64,000 bases of DNA, taken from an uncultured Acidobacteriota bacterium (GTDB lineage: Bacteria; Acidobacteriota; Thermoanaerobaculia; Multivoradales; UBA5704). This document shows positions 51,604 to 59,457 of this stretch, in pieces (position 1 is the stretch's first letter; each line of letters begins with the position of its first letter). The stretch spans positions 4,288,001-4,352,000 of the forward strand of contig OY969474.1 of NCBI GenBank assembly GCA_963700145.1. Direction: 5' to 3'. The notes beneath the pieces are model-generated. The model saw nothing but the letters and a program-made list of their open reading frames with translations, ran no database searches and was not told where the DNA came from. A program made the translations under genes and the position numbers.

Positions 51604-52713
51604 CTAAGCGCCGTTCTTCTCGGCGGTCTGGCGGACCAGGGTGCCGGCGAAATCGACGGTCAGCGCCGGGACCTTCGGGCTGTCGGTCTTGAGGTGCAGT
51701 TTCCCGGCGAAGGGCCCCTCCCTCATCGCCGCCGGGTCGAGCACGAGGACGACCTTGTACTTCCGGCCCTGCTCGACCGGCTGGACCTGGGCGGAGATCC
51801 CCGGCACGTCGGTCTCGGCGCCGGTGAGGGCGATCGCCTCCGTGGCGAAGTTGCGGACCTGGAAGACGGCGTGCCGCGGCCCGCTCAGGTTGAGCGTCCC
51901 GAAGTCGGCGCGGTCGGGGTCGACGAAGAGGGTGGGGCGGACGAAGCCGGAGACCGGGATCTGGAGCAGCTTCTGGCGCGGGTGCGTCGTGGTGACATCG
52001 ATGAAACCGGTGATCGCGCCGACCGGCGCCGTGGTGGAGAGAGTCGGCTCGACCCGCCACTGGCGGCCCGCGAAGCCCTCGACGCGCTCCTCGGGCTTGG
52101 CCTCGCGGAAGCTGACCGTGATGGCGGGCATCGGGGACTCGACCGAAAGGACCTGGAAGTCGGCGCCGTCGCCGGCGTAGACGGTCTGGCCGATGGAGCC
52201 CTGCGGCTCGTGCTGCACGTAGATCCACCGCGCATAACCGGGCTTGGCGAGCAGCTTCGAGACGACGTTGAACTTGAGCGCCAGCACCGCCGCGGGGGGG
52301 GTATGTCCCTTCACATAGACCTCGGTGGTGACCGAGCCCGGGCCGTTGAGGGTCATAGTGTCGAGATCGACGTGCACCTTCCCTTCGCCGCCGGGCGGGA
52401 TGGTCTTGTCGAACTCCGCCACTGTGCAGCCGCAGGACGGAGCGACGCGCTCGATCGTCAGCGGCTCCTTGCCGGTGTTCTTGAGCACGAAGCTGTGAAT
52501 GACAGTGTCGCCCTTGACCAGCGTTCCGAGGTCGAACGTGGGCTCGACCGCAGTGAGGGGGACGGCGCTCGCTGGCGGCGCGGCCGTGGCAGGCGGCGTC
52601 GCGGTCTCGCCGGCGGCGAGCGGTCCGGCCACCGCCAGAACGACGAGCAGGAGCGTCAAGATGGCGCCGCGCTGACGGCGGTGGGGATGAACGGGAGTGT
52701 CGATCACGGGCAT
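51604..52713 (-). CDS. Exported DUF1573 / Ig-like domain protein
   Basis: FDLG...HSFVLKNTG.EPLTI..V.PSCGCTV...IPPG; start ATG 52713 after GAGG. Confidence 0.85.
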   Translation of the reverse strand: MPVIDTPVHPHRRQRGAILTLLLVVLAVAGPLAAGETATPPATAAPPASAVPLTAVEPTFDLGTLVKGDTVIHSFVLKNTGKEPLTIERVAPSCGCTVAEFDKTIPPGGEGKVHVDLDTMTLNGPGSVTTEVYVKGHTPPAAVLALKFNVVSKLLAKPGYARWIYVQHEPQGSIGQTVYAGDGADFQVLSVESPMPAITVSFREAKPEERVEGFAGRQWRVEPTLSTTAPVGAITGFIDVTTTHPRQKLLQIPVSGFVRPTLFVDPDRADFGTLNLSGPRHAVFQVRNFATEAIALTGAETDVPGISAQVQPVEQGRKYKVVLVLDPAAMREGPFAGKLHLKTDSPKVPALTVDFAGTLVRQTAEKNGA

Positions 52714-52825
52714 GGTTTCCTCACGGCGCATTCGTCGTTCCAGGTTCTTACGCGGCATCGCTCTTGCACACTTTGGCACGGTCTTGTTCTGCAGGTTCCG
52801 TACCACCATCAAGGAGACGCCACCG

Positions 52826-54517
52826 ATGACGATGTCATTCCGCCTCCGGGCTCTGAACAGCGCGGCGTCGCGCGCCATTCCGCAGCTCCTGGGGATCGCG
52901 CTGCTGGCCGCCGCCTGCGCCTCGCAGCCTCCCCCCGCCGCGCCGGCCAAGGCGGAAAAACCCGACCCGCAGCAGCTCTTCGCCCCCGGCGGCGGCAAGA
53001 TCGTCCTCTCCCCCGAGGGGGACTGGTTCACGGACGAGAAGGGCGAGTACTACCTGGTGGAGGTGCAGCGCAAGCCGACCTTCAAGATCGCCGGCGACCG
53101 GGTGATGCTGCCGCCGGGCGCCGCGTTCGAGCTGGTCGAGGAGCGCGGAGATATTCTGGTCGTGAAGATCTACAACCCCGAGTCGCTCCCCGAGAACCCG
53201 TTGCGCGCGCCGGCCTCGGCGCCGGCGGCCCTGCTCGCCGATCTGGCGGAGCTCAAGGTCGGCGCCAGCGACCGCCTCCGGTTGGTGCCGTTCAACCGCG
53301 GGCTGCCGGGCCGCGGCCAGTGGCGCCAGGGGTTCGAGCTGGTGGACATCAACGGCGACGGCAACCTGGACATCGTCCACGGGCCGCCGCGCAAGAGCGA
53401 CGGCAAGCCGAGGATCTTCCTCGGCGACGGCGCCGGCGGATGGCGCCTCTGGCAGGAGGCGCGCTTCGAGGGCCTGCCATTGGATTACGGCGACGTCGCG
53501 GTGGCGGACTTCGACGGCGACGGCGCGCTCGACCTGGCGGTGGCGGTGCACCTGCGAGGCCTGCAGGTGCTGCGCGGCGACGGCCAGGGAACCTTCCGGC
53601 AGTGGGGCGAGGGACTGCCCTATTGGGCGCCCGGCATGGTCGGGGAGGTCCCCGAGTACTCGTCGCGCGCGGTCGAAGTGGTGGACTGGAACCGGGACGG
53701 GCGTCCCGATCTCTTGACCCTCGGCGAAGGCCCGCGGATCGTCCGCCAACCGGCCGCAACGCACCCGGGCTTCCGCCATGGCGCCCGCGGCGCGATCCTG
53801 TTCCTCAATGGTGGCGGCGGCAAGTGGGAACGCTACGACCAGGGGACCGGACGCGATCGCCTCTTCGGCGACGGTCTGGCGGTGGGCGACTTCAACGGCG
53901 ACGGACTCGCCGATTTCGCCATCGCCTCGCGGGTCAAGGGCGCGACCAAGATCGTGCAGCTCGGCAAGGCGGACGGGAGCTGGGAGGAGGTCTCGCTGGG
54001 CGACCTCGCCCGGCCGGGGGTCTACGCCGCCGTTCACGCGGCGGACCTCGACGGTGACGGCCGCGACGAGCTCCTCCTCGGCTACGTCGCCAGCGGCGGC
54101 GGCAGCAAGGAGTCCTGGACGGGGATCGACCTCGTCGAGCACGAAAACGGGAGCTGGCGCCGGACGGCCGTGGCGGCGGAGAAGGGGTACCTCGGGGGGG
54201 TCACGGCGCTCACCGCCGGCGACATCGACGGGGACGGCCGGCAGGACCTGGTGGCGCTGACCAGCTCGGGGGAGCGCTGGGTCCTGCTCGGCACCGCCAA
54301 CGGCGCCTTCGTGCGTGAAGCGAGCGCCGAGCTCGCGCCCACCGAGCCGCAGTGCCAGGGATACGAGGTGGGAGTGGCGAGCCTCGGCGGCGGGCGCGCG
54401 TTCGTGGTCATGGGCTTCGCCGGCGAGCCGGGGAGCGAGCAGATCTTCGACGTCGCGGCGGCAAAGACCTGCCCGAGCGAGGGGTCGCTGGAGGCCTGGA
54501 CGGCCGCGGCGAAATGA
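52826..54517 (+). CDS. FG-GAP/VCBS repeat lipoprotein
   Basis: LAAAC lipobox; six DxNGDGxxD-type motifs; AAGGAG SD before ATG 52826. Confidence 0.88.
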   Translation: MTMSFRLRALNSAASRAIPQLLGIALLAAACASQPPPAAPAKAEKPDPQQLFAPGGGKIVLSPEGDWFTDEKGEYYLVEVQRKPTFKIAGDRVMLPPGAAFELVEERGDILVVKIYNPESLPENPLRAPASAPAALLADLAELKVGASDRLRLVPFNRGLPGRGQWRQGFELVDINGDGNLDIVHGPPRKSDGKPRIFLGDGAGGWRLWQEARFEGLPLDYGDVAVADFDGDGALDLAVAVHLRGLQVLRGDGQGTFRQWGEGLPYWAPGMVGEVPEYSSRAVEVVDWNRDGRPDLLTLGEGPRIVRQPAATHPGFRHGARGAILFLNGGGGKWERYDQGTGRDRLFGDGLAVGDFNGDGLADFAIASRVKGATKIVQLGKADGSWEEVSLGDLARPGVYAAVHAADLDGDGRDELLLGYVASGGGSKESWTGIDLVEHENGSWRRTAVAAEKGYLGGVTALTAGDIDGDGRQDLVALTSSGERWVLLGTANGAFVREASAELAPTEPQCQGYEVGVASLGGGRAFVVMGFAGEPGSEQIFDVAAAKTCPSEGSLEAWTAAAK

Positions 54518-54617
54518 ATTGTCGACAGGGCGCGGCGCTGCATCGATTGTCGTCTATACTCCCCCGTCCACGTGACCGCGGCTCCGATGGGAGTCGAATA
54601 AAGGGGGAGAGCATCTA

Positions 54618-55955
54618 ATGAAGAAGATTGCCGTCTGTCTGGCGCTGCTGAGCGCACTGGCCCTGGGGGGAGCGGCGCACGCCGAGATCTGCACGATCGA
54701 CGACGTGCCCGCGGCGACCCTGCTGTTGCCGTACTTCGAAGTCGACTTGAACAGCACCAACGGCGTCACCACGCTGTTTTCGGTCAACAACGCGTCGGCG
54801 TCGGCGGCGGTCGCCCACGTCACGGTGTGGACCGACCTGTCGGTGCCGGTGCTCGACTTCGACATCTATCTCACCGGCTTCGACGTCCAGACGATGAACA
54901 TGCGCGACATCGTCAACGGCATCCTGCCGTTCACCGCCGATAACGGCGCCGATATTCAGGACGGCCAAGACGACGACAGCCCGCAGGGTCCCCTGTCGCA
55001 GGACATCAACTTCCCGAATACGACGGGTCCCTGCCTGGACTCGGCGGGAGGAGCGTACGGACCGCTCAGCGCCTCCTTCGTCGAGGGCCACTTGAAGCCG
55101 GCCCTGACGGGCCACGCCTCGTCTCTGAGCAACTGCGTCGGCGTCGACTACGGCGACAACATCGCCCGCGGCTACGTCACGGTGGACACGGTGACGACGT
55201 GCAACCTCGACTTCCCGTCGCTGGGCGTCCCCTACTTCACCGGCGTCGCCGACTTCCGCAACTTGCTCTGGGGCGACTACTTCTACGTCGAGCCGGGCGA
55301 GAACTTCGCCCAGGGCGAGACGCTGGTCCACATCGAGGCCTGCTCGGGCGGGGCTCCCCCCTACATCGGCTTCGTCGGCAACGGCGCCGGCCACTGCCCG
55401 TTCGGGCCCGGCGACTTCACCTTCTACTCGCGCTACGTGTCGAACCTCGGCACCGACCAGCGCGAGGGCCTGGCCTCGCAGTTTGCGGTCCGCTACATCA
55501 CGGGCGGCCTGTTCGACGGCGGCACCGACTACATCGTCTGGCGCGACTCGCGCTCGACCGACATCATCGGTGGCTCGTGCCCGGCGGAGAACGACTTCGC
55601 CTGGTACCCGTTGAACCAGGACCTGGTGGTGGCCTTCGACGAGGAGGAGAACTCGGAGGAGCTGTGCTTCCTCGAGTCCGACGTCTCGCCGCCGACGGGT
55701 GGTCAGCAGACCTGCTTCCCGATCGAGACCGGCCGCTACAACGTCGAGGTCTCGGCGGTGCCGGGGAGCCAGAGCCTGGATCCGAGCTTCGACTTCGGCT
55801 GGATGTTCCTGGACCTGGACCTGACCTCGGCGCCGACCGGGGAGTCGCAGGCTTGGGTGACGGCGATCATGAGCGCCGAGGGCCGGTACTCGGTCGGCTT
55901 CGACGCCGTCCAGCTCGACAGCGTCTGCGAGAGCCTCGGTTTGTTGGTGCAGTAG
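54618..55955 (+). CDS. Secreted acidic Cys-containing surface protein, paralog 1
   Basis: Signal peptide then EICTIDDVPAATLLLPYFEVDL; near-identical to two downstream genes. Confidence 0.9.
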   Translation: MKKIAVCLALLSALALGGAAHAEICTIDDVPAATLLLPYFEVDLNSTNGVTTLFSVNNASASAAVAHVTVWTDLSVPVLDFDIYLTGFDVQTMNMRDIVNGILPFTADNGADIQDGQDDDSPQGPLSQDINFPNTTGPCLDSAGGAYGPLSASFVEGHLKPALTGHASSLSNCVGVDYGDNIARGYVTVDTVTTCNLDFPSLGVPYFTGVADFRNLLWGDYFYVEPGENFAQGETLVHIEACSGGAPPYIGFVGNGAGHCPFGPGDFTFYSRYVSNLGTDQREGLASQFAVRYITGGLFDGGTDYIVWRDSRSTDIIGGSCPAENDFAWYPLNQDLVVAFDEEENSEELCFLESDVSPPTGGQQTCFPIETGRYNVEVSAVPGSQSLDPSFDFGWMFLDLDLTSAPTGESQAWVTAIMSAEGRYSVGFDAVQLDSVCESLGLLVQ

Positions 55956-55980
55956 GCAGCCACGAGCGGGGACGTTGAAT

Positions 55981-56025
55981 CGCGGGGGCGGGTCGGCCGT
56001 GCGCCGGCCCGCCCCTTCGCGTTTT
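55981..56025 (+). terminator. Intrinsic terminator after paralog 1
   Basis: GGGGCGGGTCGGC-loop-GCCGGCCCGCCCC stem followed by GTTTT. Confidence 0.7.
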
Positions 56026-56037
56026 GGCGGCCGTCGC

Positions 56038-56066
56038 TTGACAGCGCGCGACCGGGCAAGTAGGTT
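56038..56066 (+). promoter_or_regulatory. sigma70 promoter of paralog 2
   Basis: TTGACA-N17-TAGGTT. Confidence 0.65.
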
Positions 56067-56136
56067 GCGCCGGCTTTACCGAGACCGAACGCTAGGTGCT
56101 GTTCTCGGTCCATTCGGACCAAGGGAGATCGTCCAA

Positions 56137-57471
56137 ATGCTGAAGAAGATTGCCGTCTGTCTGGCGTTGCTGAGCGCGCTGGTCCTGGGGGGAACGGCGA
56201 ACGCCGAGATCTGCACGATCGACGACGTGCCCGCCGCGACCCTGTTGCTGCCGTACTTCGAAGTGGACTTGAACAGCACCAACGGCGTCACCACGCTGTT
56301 CTCGGTCAACAACGCGTCGGCAACGGCGATATTGGCCCACGTCACGGTGTGGACCGACCTGTCGGTGCCGGTGCTCGACTTCGACATCTACCTCACCGGC
56401 TTCGACGTGCAGACGATGAACATGCGCGACATCGTCAACGGCATCCTGCCGTTCACCGCCGACAGCGGCGCTGATAACTTCGTCGCGCCGCCAGATGACG
56501 TGAGCCCGAAGGGTCCCCTTTCGCAGGACATCAACTTCCCGGGCACCACGGGTCCCTGCCTGGACGCGCTGGGGGGGGCGTACGCGCCGCTCAGCGGCTC
56601 CTTCGTCAACGGTCACCTGAAGCCGGCCCTCACCGGCAACGCGTCGTCGCTGAGCAACTGCGTCGGCGTCGACTACGGCGACAACATTGCCCGCGGCTAC
56701 GTCACGGTGGACACGGTGTCGACATGCAACCTCGACTTCCCGTCGCTGGGCGTCCCCTACTTCACCGGCGTCGCCACCTTCCAGAACGTCCTCTGGGGCG
56801 ACTACTTCTATGTCGAGCCGGGCGAGAACTTCGCCCAGGGGGAGACGCTGGTCCACATCGAGGCCTGCCAGCCGGGCAACGGCTACATCGGCTTCGTCGG
56901 CAACGGCGCCGGCCACTGTCCGTTCGGGCCCGGCGACTTCACCTTCTACTCACGCTACGTCTCGAACCTCGGCACCGACCAGCGAGAGGGCCTGGCCTCG
57001 CAGTTCGCGGTGCGCTACATCACGGGCGGCCTGTTCGACGGCGGCACCGACTACATCGTCTGGCGCGACTCGCGTTCGACCGACATCATCGGCGGCGCGT
57101 GCCCGGCGGAGAACGACTTTGCCTGGTATCCGTTGAACCAGGACCTGGTGGTGGCCTTCGACGAGGAGGAGAACTCCGAGGAGCTGTGCTTCCTGGAATC
57201 CGACGTCTCGCCGCCGACGGGCGGACAGCAGACCTGCTTCCCGATCGAGACGGGCCGCTACAACGTCGAGGTCTCGGCGGTTCCGGGGAGCCAGAGCCTG
57301 GATCCGAGCTTCGACTTCGGTTGGATGTTCCTGGACCTGGACCTGACGTCGGTGGTGGAGTCGCAGGCTTGGGTGACGGCGGTGATGAGCGCCGAGGGCC
57401 GCTACAGCGTCGGCTTCGACGCCGTGCAGCTCGACAGCGTCTGCGAGGACCTCATCCTACTGGAGGACTAA
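56137..57471 (+). CDS. Secreted surface protein, paralog 2
   Basis: MLKKIAVCLALL...EICTIDDVPAATLLLPYF; AGGGAG SD before ATG 56137. Confidence 0.9.
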   Translation: MLKKIAVCLALLSALVLGGTANAEICTIDDVPAATLLLPYFEVDLNSTNGVTTLFSVNNASATAILAHVTVWTDLSVPVLDFDIYLTGFDVQTMNMRDIVNGILPFTADSGADNFVAPPDDVSPKGPLSQDINFPGTTGPCLDALGGAYAPLSGSFVNGHLKPALTGNASSLSNCVGVDYGDNIARGYVTVDTVSTCNLDFPSLGVPYFTGVATFQNVLWGDYFYVEPGENFAQGETLVHIEACQPGNGYIGFVGNGAGHCPFGPGDFTFYSRYVSNLGTDQREGLASQFAVRYITGGLFDGGTDYIVWRDSRSTDIIGGACPAENDFAWYPLNQDLVVAFDEEENSEELCFLESDVSPPTGGQQTCFPIETGRYNVEVSAVPGSQSLDPSFDFGWMFLDLDLTSVVESQAWVTAVMSAEGRYSVGFDAVQLDSVCEDLILLED

Positions 57472-57494
57472 GGGCGTCGAGGGAGCAGGTCGGA

Positions 57495-57540
57495 GCAAGG
57501 GGGTGGGTCGGCGGCGGGCCGGCCCGCCCTTTGCCGTTTT
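57495..57540 (+). terminator. Intrinsic terminator after paralog 2
   Basis: GGGTGGGTCGGC-loop-GCCGGCCCGCCC stem followed by GTTTT. Confidence 0.7.
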
Positions 57541-57549
57541 GGCCACCCC

Positions 57550-57579
57550 TTGACAGCACGAAGCGGGGGACAGTAGGCT
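57550..57579 (+). promoter_or_regulatory. sigma70 promoter of paralog 3
   Basis: TTGACA-N18-TAGGCT, flanks resemble the paralog 2 promoter. Confidence 0.6.
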
Positions 57580-57812
57580 GCGCAAGCATATTCTGATGCG
57601 ACTAGGCGGTTCGGCGTTGCCGATCCGTGGAACGAAACTCTGGCAGTCCCTAAAACTTTGAACGGGAGGTGATGTTCTCGGTCGACTGGGTCGACTAACT
57701 GTGAGGAGGGGCAGGCGCAAGCCTGCGATTGGAGTCCGAGGGATGCAAATTCGTGCCTCCGGCATGCCAGAGGCAACACTGAACCGCGAATCCGAGTAAG
57801 GAGACAGTCTCC

Positions 57813-59219
57813 ATGTCCAAAAAGATCGTTACGTGTCTCGCCCTCGTGAGCCTGCTGGCTCTGGGCGGGCAGGCGGTCGCCGAGATCTGCACGATCGATG
57901 ACGTGCCGGCGGCGACCCTGCTGCTACCGTACTTCGAGGTCGACCTCAACAGCCCGAACGGCGTCACCACGCTGTTCTCCGTCAACAACGCGTCGGCGGC
58001 CCCCGCCATCGCGCACGTCACCGTGTGGACCGACCTGTCGGTGCCGGTGCTCGACTTCGACGTTTACCTCACCGGCTACGACGTCCAGACGATGAACATG
58101 CGCGACATCGTCAACGGCATCCTGCCGCAGACGCAGACCGAGCCGGGCGAGCCTGGAGGCTCGACGCCCGCCGATCCCTTCAGCCCCAATGGTGACCCGA
58201 CAGGCACGGTCCTCGGTGATCCTCTGGATCCGCCATTGCCATGGCCGCCCGCGCCGGCAGCCCCGATTCTAAGCCCGAGCGCATTCGGCCCCTGCGCCGG
58301 GGTCTACGGCCCGCTGAGCTCCGCCTTCGTCAACGGCCATCTGAAGCCGGCGCTCACCGGCCACGCCTCGTCGTTGGCCAACTGCGTCGGCGTCGATTAC
58401 GGCGACAACATCGCCCGCGGCTACGTGACGGTGGACTCGGTGAGCATCTGCAACCTCGACTTCCCGACGCGGGGCGTCCCCTACTTCACCGACGTGGTCG
58501 ACTTCCGCAACATCCTCTGGGGCGACTACTTCTACGTCGAGCCGGGTGAGAACTTCGCCCAGGGCGAGACGCTGGTCCACATCGAAGCCTGCACCCCGGG
58601 CAACGGCTACGACGGCTACGTCGGCAACGGCGCCGGCCACTGCCCGTTCACCGGCCAGGCCAGTCCCTTCACCTTCTACTCGCGCTACGTGACCGCATCA
58701 CCCGGCGTGGACGAGCGTGAGGGTCTCGCTTCGCAGTTCGCGGTGCGCTACATCACGGGCGGCCTGTTCGACGGCGGCACCGACTACATCGTCTGGCGCG
58801 ACTCGCGCTCGACGGACATCGTCGGCGGCGCGTGCCCGGCGGAGAACGACTTTGCCTGGTATCCGCTGAACCAGGACCTGGTGGTGGCCTTCGACGAGGA
58901 GGAGAACTCCGAGGAGCTGTGCTTCCTGGAGTCCGACGTCTCGCCGCCGACGGGTGGTCAGCAGACCTGCTTCCCGATCGAGACGGGCCGCTACAACGTC
59001 GAGGTCTCGGCGGTTCCGGGGAGCCAGAGCCTGGATCCGAGCTTCGACTTCGGCTGGATGTTCCTGGACCTGGACCTGACGTCGGCGCCGAGCGGAGAGT
59101 CGCAGGCCTGGGTGACGGCGGTCATGAGCGCCGAGGGCCGGTACAGCGTCGGCTTCGACGCCGTGCAGCTCGACAGCGTCTGCGAGGACGACCTCGCCAC
59201 CATCCTGCCGCCGGGTTAA
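57813..59219 (+). CDS. Secreted surface protein, paralog 3 (Pro-rich insert)
   Basis: Same conserved blocks; Pro-rich variable loop after GILP. Confidence 0.9.
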   Translation: MSKKIVTCLALVSLLALGGQAVAEICTIDDVPAATLLLPYFEVDLNSPNGVTTLFSVNNASAAPAIAHVTVWTDLSVPVLDFDVYLTGYDVQTMNMRDIVNGILPQTQTEPGEPGGSTPADPFSPNGDPTGTVLGDPLDPPLPWPPAPAAPILSPSAFGPCAGVYGPLSSAFVNGHLKPALTGHASSLANCVGVDYGDNIARGYVTVDSVSICNLDFPTRGVPYFTDVVDFRNILWGDYFYVEPGENFAQGETLVHIEACTPGNGYDGYVGNGAGHCPFTGQASPFTFYSRYVTASPGVDEREGLASQFAVRYITGGLFDGGTDYIVWRDSRSTDIVGGACPAENDFAWYPLNQDLVVAFDEEENSEELCFLESDVSPPTGGQQTCFPIETGRYNVEVSAVPGSQSLDPSFDFGWMFLDLDLTSAPSGESQAWVTAVMSAEGRYSVGFDAVQLDSVCEDDLATILPPG

Positions 59220-59264
59220 CCGTCGGCGACGTCAAGTAGTTCTCAAGTCGTTCTGTCGTCATGA

Positions 59265-59347
59265 TCCCGGTCGGGGCCTTCGGGGCCTCGGCCGGGAGGA
59301 TGCGGAGAGGGTGGGTCGGCCACGGCCGGCCCACCCCTTCGCGTTTT
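59265..59347 (+). terminator. Tandem hairpins after paralog 3 (cUUCGg hairpin plus terminator)
   Basis: TCCCGGTCGGGGCC-TTCG-GGGCCTCGGCCGGGA then GGGTGGGTCGGC-CACG-GCCGGCCCACCC..GTTTT. Confidence 0.7.
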
Positions 59348-59457
59348 CTGGGGGCTGCATTGCGCGGCATGTTGGTGTAGCATAGCGGCCCGGAACAGAC
59401 GGACACAGCTTCTGGTTGACCCGCCCGATGAGGCACAGACGTAGGGAGGAGCTTCCT

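Noticed and set aside
57672-57698. Mini-ORF MFSVDWVD in the leader
   Set aside because: GGAGG lies only 2 nt from the ATG and the sister motif has CTG instead of ATG.
57700-57780. c-di-GMP-I riboswitch
   Set aside because: GCAAA and GCCTCCGG are reminiscent, but order and spacing do not fit the consensus; kept only as an unclassified leader.
54618-59219. Diversity-generating retroelement or invertible shufflon behind the paralogs
   Set aside because: No reverse transcriptase or invertase, differences include indels and are not adenine-specific, and all three genes are full length and co-oriented.
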